DNA from: Octopus sinensis
Lineage: Eukaryota
Assembly: GCF_006345805.1 (NCBI RefSeq)
Contig: NC_043004.1
Span: 58,280,001-58,344,000 of the forward strand
Direction of reading: 5' to 3'
DNA: 64,000 nucleotides
Each line of letters begins with the position of its first letter. Position 1 is the first letter of the stretch. Below the pieces are notes generated by a model. It was not told where the DNA came from. It made no database searches and worked only from the letters and a program-made list of their open reading frames with translations. Below, piece after piece: positions 36,241 to 50,316 of the stretch. The position numbers and the translations under genes were made by a program.

Positions 36241-38254
36241 GTATGTATATACATATACCCTTTTTCTTTTTTTTTTTTTGAAGTCTGTATTGTGTTGACA
36301 GACTGGGTCAGCAGAATTTCAATAATGTTATGCAGGCCACCATTCTAATAGTGATAAAAAAAAAACTGACGTAAACAGTAGTAATTGTCAGAAGAAATAT
36401 ATGATAAGAATAAATATGAATTTAAAGAGAAATTCATATTATGAAGATAGGGTTTCTCAGAGATTTTGATGGTTTATTTCTTTAAACATGATTTATTTAT
36501 TTAAAATTTTGTATTATTTTCAAAATGGCCAGCTGCATATATTTTGATACAAGCATATTGGGAAATACACAAAACATAAAAATGAATGTAGCTCTTTTTC
36601 TTTTTCTTTTTTTTTTTTTTTACAATCTTCAACTAATTAAAAAGAAAAATTCAATTAATATTTCCAAGAAAAAGAAAGAATAATTTTCGTATTGAAAATG
36701 AAAAGGAAGGAAATTTGTGAAGAACTAATTTTTTCCTTTTGAAATATAATAATTAGCTCCCAAATTAAGCTTCCTGTTTTACTCAGATAATGGTATCCTA
36801 AATAACAAAAATGCATGAATTTTATCAAGCAATACATGAAAACAAACAAGACTTCTTTCCTTTCGTTTTCTACCAATCATATTTTCAACACCATTATCAT
36901 TAAATACTTAGAACTTATCATTCAGTCATTACTAATCTTTCAACATATCATATCTCATCTACCTTACCCTAACATGAAGTATCAGTAATCATCTTCATTA
37001 CTTCACTTTCTAATCAAATTCATCTGTTCGTTATCAAGCTTTCATATACTCATTATTTAAGATTACATTACTTATTTCAATCATTTATATTATCATCTTC
37101 ATTATTGTGAAAAACAATCATCAAGTGAAAATGTCAAGATTCTTTTGTCCCTATTTTCATAAGCTCATTTCACATTGTCAATTCATTCATCATGTCCATA
37201 GATAAGACACCTCATTTTACTTGCCAAACATTTCATAAATTAAAAAAAAATCTCATCATTATTAGCAGTTTTCTTTTTTTGTATTGTTTTTATTTTGAGT
37301 TTTTAAATGTCAATTATTTATTTACAAATTTTAATTCTTATCACATAAAATATCCGCTTAATTTGGCAGCTCTGCGAAAAGAGATAATATATTTAATTCA
37401 ATTGAATTTTCAAAAGTAGCAATTTAAGAGAACATATATAAAATTGATAAAATCAAAACAAAGAAGAAATGATTACATAGTTTTGTACACACACACATAT
37501 ATGTGTGCAAGTTTAAGAACAACAGGACATTTATTGATTGTGTGACTCTTAAAGCAGAGTCAAATTTATATTAAGTTTCAAGTTGACAGGGACTTCAAGT
37601 TTCGCCTTATAGTTTGTTCAATCAGACTGAATAAACTAAAGGAGAAATCTTGAAATCCAAGTCAACTTGATCTTCACAATATATACATGTATGTATGCAT
37701 GTACACACACACACACACACGAATGAGGTGAATAAATGAAAGTAGCTCTTAACACTTCTTGGTTGGAGTTACATGTATTTAATATAAGTCTGACTTAGTT
37801 CCACATGACTTGGAGATTCATAGGCTTGTAGGGCAAGTCCATATCATCAGATGTACTGTTGTATATTGTTCTACATATGTAATATTGAAAGGTTCTACTC
37901 TTCAATAAGAAAGATTGAGGACTATTTCCCTTTTAGTTAACTTTGGAAGCAATATCAAATAATGATACAACTGTAGTCTTCGGTTGAATATCACGTTTCA
38001 GAATTCTTAGTACAATTGATAAGATTAGACTTAAACATCTACAATGGTTTTTGTATGATTTGACATTTCAAAGTATTCTTCTCTTTGAGAAATTTAGATG
38101 TAAAGAAATGGAAACAATTTGAAAACACTGAAACCAGTTGCTACTTATGATCAAAGACATGAACTCAACATTTAGAATTAGCACATTGTTTGTCACAAAG
38201 AACTATAATTCTTCCATTCCAAAATCTTAATTCCTCATTTCTAACTTAATTCAG

Positions 38255-38328
38255 CTTGCAACACTCTTAAATGTTTTGCAGAAGAAGTTTTAGAAGCAAG
38301 ATTGATAATGAAATTGGGCTACTCCCAG
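38255..38328 (+). CDS. Candidate plus-strand exon (CNTLKCFAEEVLEARLIMKLGYSQ)
   Basis: ctaacttaattcag|CT ... CAG|gtcagt; 74 nt, phase 1 to 0. Confidence 0.4.
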
Positions 38329-39664
38329 GTCAGTTCTGACTGAGCAGACCTATGATATAAGATGTTCCTGCTATAAACATCACATCATTTTATTTTCATA
38401 TTTTTTCGTTTTGTGCAGCCATGACTGTATTATCTAAAAGTCTTTCTTTTTCTTGAGAGATATTTGGCTGCTCTCCCACCAAATCCTGTGACCATATAAT
38501 GTAGAGAAGAAACAAAAGTTCTTCAAGTCAGCTTACTCTAAGTGTAGGTGCCTTAGTACATGAAGCTTTAAGGCATGTCTGAAACCATACTTGTATTGGC
38601 AATTTAAGAAACTTTGCTTTTGACTGGAATGAAATTCTTCTATCATAGTCTAAGACTCTTGTCTTTATCCTTAATTTTTCCTATAAAGTGATTATTTATG
38701 AGTGAAACGTGTATCTTGGTATTCAATAAAAACCTTATGTAATTAGTATATCACCAGAAGAAAGTATTTTTGAGGTGAAATGCCAAAAATCTACTAGAAT
38801 CCTGCTAATGAAGATTTTGGTATTTTAAGCACCTTTAGTAAATGACAACCTCCCCATCACCTTCAAGCTATGCTACACATAAAAGTGTTATTTTATAACA
38901 TATGTATGTGTGCTTTACACACTGTCTTTCTATCTCACCCACTCTATTTCATATCTAACACTATAATGAAATAGAGAAAAACTGCGCACTTAAAAATAGT
39001 TTTGTATATGAAGTTGGCAGTAAAATATCACGTTTGTTTAAGCATTCATCACTTGATAACATCTCGGCACTAAATCACTTAATAATGCTTCAGAATTTAA
39101 AGCATCATACTAATCTGATGCTAGTCAGAAGATGCTGATATCTGCTATCCTTATACATTGCTTTCAATTTACTGGTGATGAGAAGAATGAGTAGTTTCAA
39201 AAAGAAAAGGGTAAAATGCAGTAAAGGAAAGAAATAAAATAACTTATAATATTTTTCAGAAATCCCGCAAGTTGTACTATTCAGAATCAATTATGCTCTC
39301 AGATCAAGCTTGATAGATCAATAATTTTCATGGCAGGAAATAAGATTAAATTATACAAAAATCACTGAGTCAGTGAATTGTCAAAGTAATTTGACATTTT
39401 CTTTGATGTCTTTATTGATATTGAATGATTCCTGACAAGTAAGCCTATTGAAAAAAAAAAAAAAATAAGGATGATCCTTCCTATCAACAGTCTGCCCTTT
39501 CTCATCTGAACTGAGATCATTTTGTACTTAATTTTCGTACAATTTTATTTCATGAAATAATATAACAAAAAACACTTCATATACATAAAAAAATATATAC
39601 ACACACACACATGTGAATATATATATATATTTAAATATGTGTGTGTGTGTGTATATATATATAT

Positions 39665-39785
39665 ATCACTTTGATCACTTTGACCGACCAGTCCGTCAGG
39701 CGTCCATTTGACACTGCTGGTCACAGCACGCTGTCCACTCCTCTCTGGATCGCGCCTTTCTCATCCACATGATCCCAAAAAACAG
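39665..39785 (-). mobile_element. Short LINE 3' fragment (RTE-like, inferred) flanked by a long direct repeat
   Basis: Minus GIMWMRKARSREEWTACCDQQCQMDA-stop, (CAAAGTGAT)2 tail; flanks 39576-39664 and 39786-39874 are duplicated. Confidence 0.6.
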
Positions 39786-39847
39786 TTCATATACATAAAA
39801 ATATATATACACACACACACATGTGAATATATATATATATTTAAATA

Positions 39848-39907
<60 letters not shown>

Positions 39908-41191
39908 CATTTCATTACACACACACACATGTTCAAATCTGTCTCAAGCCTATTGGTCAGAGCCCATCTCAGTTTAAATGACAGAAAATACAGGACTACA
40001 CTCTGAATAGAACGGCAGGGTTAACCATCCAGTTCTTTGTGATCCTGATTTACAGCTGAGTGGACTGCAGCAATGTAAAATGAAGTACCTTGCTCAAAGG
40101 CATGACATGCCACCTACTTTCAAGGACTGAAGCAATGAAGCATTTACCAATTTAACATAAATCATCAAAATAGAATGCTATTTCATGAAATTAGAAGTAA
40201 ATTATTGGCTGTCAAATACATCAATATCTTATGACCATTTATCTTAGAAATATTCATACCTTAAGTAGCATTTTATGGTTAATATAGTAAAACTTCACTA
40301 CATAAAACACATCAATGATATAGATATAGATATAGTACACTTCAGACATCTAATTTCCTCGCATTTTGTTCTCAAAATTCATAATTGCTTCTTTTTTGAA
40401 ATTTCAATAAATATTCATTTACTCAGAGCTGCATAAATATTATTTTATATTTTTATTTACCTTTGATTTTCTTGAAAAATGTATATCTTTTTCCAAATGA
40501 GTATAAGAAAGATGAAAACTCAACAATTAATAACCTTGTTTAAATAAATAATCTACACTTCTAATGGAATTTTCAATGCTGTTCTAGATTTGTGGTTACA
40601 TTCAATATAAAGATATTCAATGTCTAAGAACTCGATGAAGCAAGTACTAGGTGCTGCCAATGTAAAAAAACGGGTAAATCTGGGGACAATTTTCAGATAA
40701 CAAATTGCCAAGTTGAAGACAAAAATTACAACTTCACATACCTGTATACTTATTTGCACTCATGCATATTCTCATACAAAATAAGCATAACATGGGTTCT
40801 CAATTAAGTGTCAATTGAAATTATGTATATGGTGTAGACATATTTATCATTCTATATATCAATTCTTCCATTTTGATATGTATCCTCATAAGCAGAAATT
40901 TGTTTTAGCAATGTGGTCATGTCCATTTTTGGACAATGCAATGACATACATGTACACGCTCACAACTGAGATGCTTCAATCATAGTTCACCCTAATCCTT
41001 AGGAAGAAACATATTCTCTTGGAAAATATGTTTTGTTTCAATTTATTTTACCAATACTAAACCAAACAGGGTCTTCACATACTTTTTACTTACTTATGAC
41101 AGCCCATCAAAGATGATGACAGCATTGATCCATGACATTCATCCTCTTCTGCCTCTAACACATAAACGTAGAATCTAAATATTTTGATATA

Positions 41192-41597
41192 TAGGCACAG
41201 GAGTGGCTGTGTGGTAAGTAGCTTGCTTACCAACCACATGGTTCGGGTTCAGTCCCACTGCGTGGCATCTTGGGCAAGTGTCTTCTGCTATAGTCCCGGG
41301 CCGACCAATGCCTTGTGAGTGGATTTGGTAGACGGAAACTGAAAGAAGCCTGTCGTATATATGTATATGTATATGTATGTGTGTGTTTGTGTGTCTGTGT
41401 TTGTCCCCCTAGCATTGCTTGACAACCGATGCTGGTGTGTTTACGTCCCCGTCACTTAGCGGTTCGGCAAAAGAGACTGATAGAATAAGTACTGGGCTTA
41501 CAAAGAATAAGGTCCCGGGGTCGATTTGCTCGACTAAAGGAGGTGCTCCAGCATGGCCGCAGTCAAATAACTGAAACAAGTAAAAGAGTAAAAGAGA
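41192..41597 (+). mobile_element. SINE family A
   Basis: Full-length copy. Confidence 0.92.
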
Positions 41598-43053
41598 TAT
41601 ACTTTTAGAAAATTTTTTGTAACTTTGACTGTGAAGTTTTGCTCGTAGTGGCTTGTCAGACTGCCAGGCAAGACTTCGGACTCCCAGTACCCTACATTTT
41701 GTGTGAAACACAACACTACTTAGTTAAAAACTGGATTTAACCACTCCTCCTCATTGATTCCATCAAATATTTATAGAGTAATAAAATTACTTAAATAATA
41801 CAACATCCTATGACCTACAGATTCTCAAATAAGACACCAACACACAACATCTCAAAGCAATTAGATAACATTATCAGACAATACATGCCATAAAGATAAC
41901 AGCATACTTTCATCGTCTGAAGCATTCTTTGGGATCTTGGAAGAATCTAATCATAGTTACTGGCAACATCACCTTAGACACAGAAATGGGATCAGTACTA
42001 TGTATTCAGTAAATCAGATGATGCCTAGGGCACTGAAATCTGTGGGTGCCACACAATTTCTGAAGTCCTTAGACAGAATTTCTTAATCCAATCTTTTCAA
42101 AGAATATAAGCAAAAAAGACAAAGAGAGACAGAAAACATCATAGCATAGTTTTTAAAGTTTAACTTTAGTATCCATTGTTAAGGAAGAAATGTTTTGGAT
42201 CTTCATACAATGCTTTAACAATATCAGATAATTAAATCATTACCAGTTGAACTATTATACACTATATTATTATAAGCTACTGATCCTGGCTGTATTTACA
42301 AAATAGTCATATCTGAGAGAAGGGTGCACACTTTATAGGACTGACCTAAAGTGCTGGATATCCTAGCATCAGTTCTGCACAAAATGCCTTTAACTGATGT
42401 CCCCATGACAGAATATTATATATTAAATAGTGTATATAATTCACCAACTCTACCTTCTAACATACAGAGGAAACTATTAATGTCTTGTACATATGAAATA
42501 TTGGTTTCAAATTTTGGCACAAGGCCAGCAAGTTCAGGGGTAAGCTGGTTACATCGACCCCAGTGCTCAACTGGTACTTAATTTGTCGATCCCAAAAGGA
42601 TGAAAGACAAAGTCCACCTTGGCTAAATTGAACCTCAGAGACAGATGAAAACCACTAAGCATTTCATCCGATGTGGTAAAGATTCTGCCAGTACACCACC
42701 TTATGCACATCTGAAATATTGTTTACAGATTATGTTCTGCATTAAAGCCAACAGTACAAAGTATTTTGTGTGACTTTCTAATGACTGTGGTAATCCATTC
42801 TCTTGTAAGTGATAGCAACAATAATCTACAAATGATAGTACTTAAATCCAAATATTAAGAATAACAATGTTTATGGTTAACTAGAGTCTGGTTGCAAATA
42901 CTCTATACCTGCTCTTAATGAGTAATCCAGTTCTTGCAGATTCAACTATTTTACTGCAGAAAGTCTACATTACACTATTCTATTTCATATAGGCCCTTTT
43001 TCATTGTAGCTAATGGCATCTGGTATTTTAATGATAATCTGCTTATTTCATAG

Positions 43054-43077
43054 ATGTCAGAAAAAGGATGTTTTCTA
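43054..43077 (+). CDS. Candidate 24-nt plus-strand micro-exon
   Basis: ctgcttatttcatag|ATG...CTA|gtaagt; open in two frames; too short to judge. Confidence 0.25.
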
Positions 43078-43621
43078 GTAAGTCTACGTCAACTGGTCAA
43101 CCGATTATGTAGTCAAGAAAACATTGATTATTTCATTCACCAGGTGTTGATGGTATAGGCGTGTAATAAAATATACTCTGTAATATAAATAACTGTTTTT
43201 TTTTAGGAGAATTAGCTAGATTCTTGAGATGATCTGCTTTTGTTGTAGTTTAAACAGAACAAAACACAAAGAAAATAATAAATACTATAATTAATTTTAT
43301 GAGTTCTGCATGTGGAAATATAATATAGCAAGAATAGCCAGCTGGAAATTCGAGTTCAATTCTATATTCCTTTATACACATTGTCATATTACAATGCTTC
43401 TATCCAGTTGCTATGGTAATAATCGGATTTGAGCATATCTATTTAACCTAAAGCAAGAGGAAAAAAACTTACATTAAGATGGAATTATATTTAAGTAATG
43501 CTAATTATTATGATGAATATGTATTGTTACAAAATTAATTAGTCGAGGGAGATGTTTTTGAAACAGTTTGAATTAATCTAGATAGTTAAAAGAGTTAAAG
43601 ATAATTTGCAAACTCAGATAA

Positions 43622-43843
43622 GGCTTCGTGGAGGCAATGATAAGTGACCAAGACCTTTGGCAATATGCTGTGCTTGAGAAGACTTGTTAAGCCAAGTGAA
43701 ATCACGGTTATAGCCAATGCCGGGGGTCACGTAACTTGCACTTATGTTGGTGGCACGTAAAAAGCATCCATTACACTCTTGGACTGGTTGGCATTAGGAA
43801 GGGCATCCAGCCATAAGAAGCCGCGCCAAATCAGATTGAAACC
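43622..43843 (+). mobile_element. RTE LINE ORF end plus 3'UTR sharing the family E tail
   Basis: EAMISDQDLWQYAVLEKTC-stop then ggtggcacgtaaaaagca...ggcattaggaagggcatccagcc. Confidence 0.7.
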
Positions 43844-45306
43844 TTAAAGCACTCTTCATGTATATCATGTAATGTGTCTAAGAAAAATTTCTATAATTTG
43901 AAGGGTTAAATATTAAGTTGTAGGTGCAGACAAAATAACTTGCTTGGGGAACTTTATTCTAAGATGTTATGGAAAGAAACAAAATTTACTTAAAGAGGAA
44001 TATTTAGCAATCAAGGTGTTAAATTTACTGTCATTCTACTAAATTTGAAACAACACAGTGATAAGTTTTATTATATAATAATTTTTATAATATAATAATT
44101 GTTATTATATAATTATAAAACAAGCCCTGTGCCTCTAGTAGAGAGAATTATAACTATAAAAGGGCAGTCGGATGGCAAAATCAATAAAGCAATGGAAAAA
44201 AATGCCTTGTGGTATTTTGTTTAAGTCTTTACATTTAAGTTCAAATCCTGCAGAAGTCAAACTTTGCCTTTCATGTTTTAGAGTCAATAAAATAAAGTGC
44301 CAGTCAAGTATTGGGATAGATAATATTGACTAACCCCACTTCTCAAAATTTCTAGCTTTGTGTCTAAATTTAAACGAGTGCAATGAATTGACAGAACTGT
44401 TAGAGCATTGGACAAGGTGCCTTGCAGTATTTCTTTTGGATCTTTAGATCCTCAGATCAAACCTCATGATGTTAACTTTGCCTTTCATCCCTTTGATGAA
44501 ATAAAGTCTCCAACCAAGATCTGGAGTCCATATCAATCAATTATTTCCCTCATCTGAAATATCTGACCTTGTGTCTGTGTTAGAAAATTATTCTATAATT
44601 AAAAGTGTAAAGCAAATTTCAAAAGCCTCTTTGGATTATAGAGATTCACAACAGGAAAGGAAATGTCATTAGTCGTGATTATACCATATTAAATATAGTG
44701 ATAAAAGACTGACTGAAAGCTGAATATTCATAAACATATACAAAGCAATATTTGGGGCTTGCAGGCATAAAACAGAATTGCATTAATATGAATTTAATTT
44801 GTTATGCACAATCTCTTCAATAATTCAACATTTTCTATATTCAACGCTGTCAATTAAACAGTACCAAATATATATAAAAAAAACAACCATATGGGTCGTT
44901 TGTGGCCTACATTCATTGAAAGAAACATTTAACCCCATAGATTATATTCAACAGGTGCTTGAATCAATTGATATTATTAAAAGTGATATATAAAGGTAAA
45001 TCTATTGATCTGGATAGTAGTATTGTCTGCAAAAATAGTATTTTTTTAATGTCAATATTTTATGTGATACAGTTAAAAAAAAGAAATATCAGCAATAATA
45101 ATTTATTTTGAGGTCAGTGAATTGATAGCTCAACTACAGAGTATCATAAATATCTTGATAATTAAGCAGTTATTAATTATAATGGCCTTAGCTATTCTTG
45201 CCACGACAGACAATATAAATGTTCATAAAGTGTATGAAAAACAAGCATATGTTAATTTTTAAGTAACCAGGAGGGTAAATTGTACCAGGTGAAATAACAC
45301 ATAACT

Positions 45307-45827
45307 TCTTCTTAAACCTTTTTGCCCCTTGTGGAGCATAGGGCCCCAACAGTTGTTTTCCACTTTTTGCAGTCATTGGCATGTTTCTTGGCTGCTTCCC
45401 ATGTCAGACTGGTGGTCCTGAGCTTGTCCAAAATGCTCCGCTTCTATGTCTGCTTCGGGCATCATCACTTCCGTTTCCCTTGCGGGTTCCAGTCAAGTGC
45501 TTGTCGTGTCACATTTGAGGGTTCTTTCTGCAGTGTGTGTCCAATCCATCTCCATTTCCTTCGTCTAATCTAAACATGTACGGACTCCTAGTTGGCCCTT
45601 TCCCACAGGTCGTGTTTGGCACTCTGTCGAACCACTTCAGATGGAGGATCTGCCGGAGACATTTGTTGATGAAGGTCTGGATCTTCTGGTAGTTGCTGCA
45701 GATGGCTCTGCATGTTTCAGAGCCATACAAAAGCACAGATTTTACATTTAAACTAAATAAGCAGAGTTTAGTTCGAGTTGAGATGGCAGTGGACTTCCAT
45801 ACCGGCCGAAGAATAACAAGAAGCAAG
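45307..45827 (-). mobile_element. 5'-truncated RTE-clade LINE with 11-bp TSD
   Basis: NVKSVLLYGSETC...QTFINKCLRQIL...[21 protein letters not shown]; TSD aacacataact at 45296-45306 and 45828-45838. Confidence 0.92.
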
Positions 45828-46440
45828 AACACATAACTAAATGGACACTTCTTAAATATAAGGGTAATTCATAACTAGATGCATAAATCTCATCTAGATA
45901 GGCACCTGGATTAGGTGTCTCATATTTAGATAGATGACTTTACTAGATGGGTAACACGTAATGTTAATTGAAGGTTATTATTTTAAAGCAAGTTGAAAGT
46001 GGTGAGGTAACAAAATCCTTTGTACAGCAAACAAAATGCTCAGCAGAATTCCTTCTGGCTCTTTACTTTTTGAGTTCAAATTCTGCCTTGGTTGACTTTG
46101 CCTTTTATCCTTTCAGGGTCAATAAAGTAAAAATACTAGTCAAGGACTAGGGTTGACCCCATCTCCTTAAAATTGTTGGCCTTGTACCAACATTCAAAAC
46201 CATAATTTTAAATAAGTGTAAGAATAATAAAAGAAAATTTAGTGATAGGGAAATGCAATACTGAAAATAGAGCAGGGTTTATTGTAAAATTCATTTTGAT
46301 TGGGACTTTAGTCTAAATTTTGCCTGGCAATGTATTCAAAAAAGATGGAATAAATATGCTGCAGGACTTTACATATCAATCAAAATGGACTTTACAATAA
46401 AAGAATTACGGATAACTGAATAGGTAACTCATATTAGATA

Positions 46441-46801
46441 CTCTTTTACTTGTTTCAGTCATTTGACTGCAGCCATGCTGGAGCACCACCTTTAGTCGAG
46501 CAAATCAATCCCAGGACTTATTCTATCGGTCTCTTTTGCCGAATCGCTAATTTACAGGGACGTAAACACATCAGCATCGGTTGTCAAAAGATGTTGGAAG
46601 GACAAACACAGACACACAAACATATACACATATATACGACAGGCTTCTTTCAGTTTCCATCTACCAGATCCACTCACAAGGCTTTGGTCAGCCCAAAGCT
46701 ATAGTAGAAAACACTTGCCCAAGGTGCCATGCAGTGGGACTGAACCCGGAACCATGTGGTTGGTAAGCAAGCTACTTACCACACAGCCACTCCTGCACCT
46801 A
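46441..46801 (-). mobile_element. SINE family A
   Basis: Copy with small internal deletion. Confidence 0.9.
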
Positions 46802-48698
46802 TGATTGATATATATAAATCATTAGATTAATCAAATCTAGATTAGTGATTAACATCTAGATAAATACACAGTAATTAAATGGATAACTCATATCTGAATA
46901 GTTAACTAACATCTAAATGGGTAATTCACAATAGATTGGTCGGGTAGCTTATAATGGAACTGTAATACATATCTAGATGAGTAACTCACAACTAGTTACA
47001 CATTCCAATATTCATTTGAGTTATGCAGCAAGCTGGCAGAACCAATTGCACAGTGGACACAATGCTTAGCAGCATTTCTTTCATCATTACATTCTGAATT
47101 CAGATTCCACCAAGGTTGACTTTGACTTTCATCCCTTCAGGGTTGATAAAATAAGTGCCACTTGAGCTCTTGTGTTGATGAAAACAGCTTGCAGCCTCCC
47201 CTGAAATTGCTGCTCAATTTTCATTTGAGTTAGAACAACAATTTAAAAACTGGTAGAGTCAACTAGATGCTTGGGTAGCTGACATTCACTTTCTTACTCT
47301 TAGGTGAATTTTACAGAATCCACTCTATTGACAGCATTTTAGGCCAGGTCTCCAGTTTAAAAATAATTTCCTTCTTTTCTTCCACCTACCTCAAAGGTCC
47401 TGAAAGAAGTCTTAGATGCTGCCTTTCTTCTTCTGACTATGTCATTAAAATATGTTTACTTTCGGGTCTAATCATTCTAAGGTCAAAAATTGACAAGATC
47501 AACTTTGCCAGTTATCTTTCTAAGTCCAATGAGTACTTAGAAACACACTAAGTTGAGATGTATGTCTTTGATTCTAGCTAATCAAAGAAACTGCTCATAC
47601 TGGATGATCAAGGAAAACTAATGCCTGGTTTAACTTACATAGAATACTAATCTTTCTTGCAGTGAACAAACAATCATTAGAGACAAATATTATTTGCTTC
47701 TATAGCAGAGCATCAATTATCTCTAATTGTGCAGACCTTTCATTACATTTTGAAAATAAGATGCCCTGGGGTGGGGTATAATCCAGTGACTAAAATCAGA
47801 AAATAGTTTTTAAAAAAATTAAAAAGCAGAATGTATAAATTGATGATTGTCCAATTATCATCAATTTATTCTTTTGGAAACCACTTCTACGCAAAGCAGT
47901 AAATCAGAGTTACTTGTACTGGCCTTTATTTCATACTGAATAGACAACCATATGCTAATTTCCTCAAAACTTAATTTTTTAATGTAAAACCTACTCAGCC
48001 AGTCACAACTAATAGTTTCATTATTTCTAACTGATATCCTATTCAGATGCAAAAATCATTGTATATTATCTACACAAACATTCAGATTCAAATGTAAATA
48101 CATAAATACAATATAAATACAATACTGTATTCTGCATTTCTCAAATTACTTGAAATATATCCACTTCTCTTTATTCAACTATAATATGAATATTTTCTCT
48201 TCGAAACATTCTGTTTCAATGTGTCTAGTGACTGGAATTGGAAATGACAACCCTTAAACAGTATTTTAGATTATATTTGTTTAGATATTCACCATTTAAA
48301 CTATGCTTTTGGTATTCCAAACTGCAACCGATTTTGTATATTTTCTACATTAGCTATTTTAAGTAGTGCTCGCTATAACTGTTTTTAGATAGTTCTCAGT
48401 AATGTTGTTTATAGATCAACAGACAAGATACCATGTCTCCTAGTATAACATTTTATCTATAAAAGGATCAAACAACTCTTTGCTTCCTCCATAAAATCTT
48501 TAGACTGTTTTAGCCTTCTTAGCCAAGGTCAAGCAAGATAGAACATAGCAAGGACAAAAAGACAAATACAAGCATAATCACCAAAACTGAATATATCAAG
48601 CTAGGAGCAAGCCTCCCACTATTAGCACCTGTCACATTCTGGCTGTTTTACTGGACCAAGAGTGAGGAGCTTGAGAAAAGTGACTATTTCTGCTTATG

Positions 48699-49114
48699 AC
48701 TCTCTCTCTCTCTTTTACTCTTTTACTTGTTTCAGTCATTTGACTGTGGCCATGCTGGAGCACCGCCTTTAGTCGAGCAAATCGACCCCAGGACTTATTC
48801 TTTGGAAGCCTAGTACTTATTCTATCGGTCTCTTTTGCCGAACCGCTAAGTTACGGGGACGTAAGCACACCAGCATCAGTTGCCAAGCGATGTTGGGAGG
48901 ACAAACGCAGACACACAAATATATACACACATATATATATACATATATATGACGGGCTTCTTTCAGTTTCCGTCTACCAAATCCACTCACAAGGCTTTGG
49001 TCAGCCCGAGGCTATAGTAGAAGACACTTGCCCAAGGTGCCACGCAGTGGGACTGAACGCGGTACCATGTGGTTGGTAAGCAAGCTATTTACCACACAGC
49101 CACTCCTGTGCCTA
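48699..49114 (-). mobile_element. SINE family A
   Basis: Full-length copy. Confidence 0.92.
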
Positions 49115-49313
49115 TACATAGGTACCGAAAACAATCAAGAAAAGCACAGTACATGCTACTAAACCCTACTCATTTATTGTACTGCAACATTTGAAAAACT
49201 TAGTACCATGGAAATATCTTTGTATTTAATTGAATGATACAAAAATAGGCTTACATCGCTGTTGAATGAGTGATATTATCTGCAGTGAGAGAGGTGTGTT
49301 CTACATTACATTA

Positions 49314-49722
49314 TACTCTTTTACTCTTTTACTTGTTTCAGTCATTTGACTGTGGCCATGCTGGAGCACCGCCTTTAGTCGATCAAATCGACCCCGGAAC
49401 TGTAAGCCCAGTACTTATTCTATCGGTCTCTTTTGCCGAACTGCTAAGTGAGGGGACGTAAACACACCAGCATCGGTTGTCAAGCAATGCTAGACACACA
49501 AACACACACAGACACACAAACATACACACACACACATATATATATATATACATACATACGACAGGCTTCTTTCAGTTTCCATCTACCAAATCCACTCACA
49601 AGGCATTGGTCGGCCCGGGGCTATAGCAGAAGACACTTGCCCAAGATGCCACGCATTGGGACTGAACCCGGAACCATGTGTTTGGTTAGCAAGCTACTTA
49701 CCACACAGCCACTCCTGCGTCT
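49314..49722 (-). mobile_element. SINE family A
   Basis: Full-length copy. Confidence 0.92.
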
Positions 49723-49932
49723 ATTACAGAAATTCTGAAGGGAGACATTCAGTCTTCCAAATATAGCTCAGGATTCAAAAATATCCTTCTACAGACATTA
49801 GAACAGGATATTGCAAACTCACACATAGTTCCTTTCCTGTTTGCAGTTGCATCATCCAGAAGCAAGCATTCACTCATAATTACAGTCTACATATGCATAA
49901 CAATTCAAATGTAAATATGCAAATACAATAAT

Positions 49933-50316
49933 GGATGGAAGCACTCTGTCGGTTACGACGACGAGGGTTCCAGTTGATCCGAATCAATGGAACAGTCTGC
50001 TCGTGAAATTAATGTGTAAGTGGCTGAGCACTCCACAGAAACGTGCACCCTTAACGTAGTTCTTGGGGATATTCAGCGTGACACGGTGAATGACAAGGCC
50101 GGCCCCTTGAAATACAGGTACAACAGAAACAGGAAGTAAGAGTGAGAGAAAGTTGTGGCGAAAGAGTACAGCAGGGATCACCACCATCCCCTGCCGGAGC
50201 CTCGTGGAGCTTTTAGGTGTTTTCGCTCAATAAACACTCACAACACCCGGTCTGGGAATCGAAACCGCGATCCTATGACCGCGAGTCCGCTGCTCTAACC
50301 ACTGGGCCATTGCGCC
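49933..50316 (-). mobile_element. SINE family C
   Basis: tRNA head ggcgcaatggcccagtggttagagc...gtttcgattccc, (CCAT) tail; TSD aatacaataat at 49922-49932 and 50319-50329. Confidence 0.92.

Noticed and set aside
40559-40679. 121-nt open minus-strand segment with AG/GT ends
   Set aside because: It is isolated, the donor is weak, and the nearest upstream donor gives an incompatible frame.
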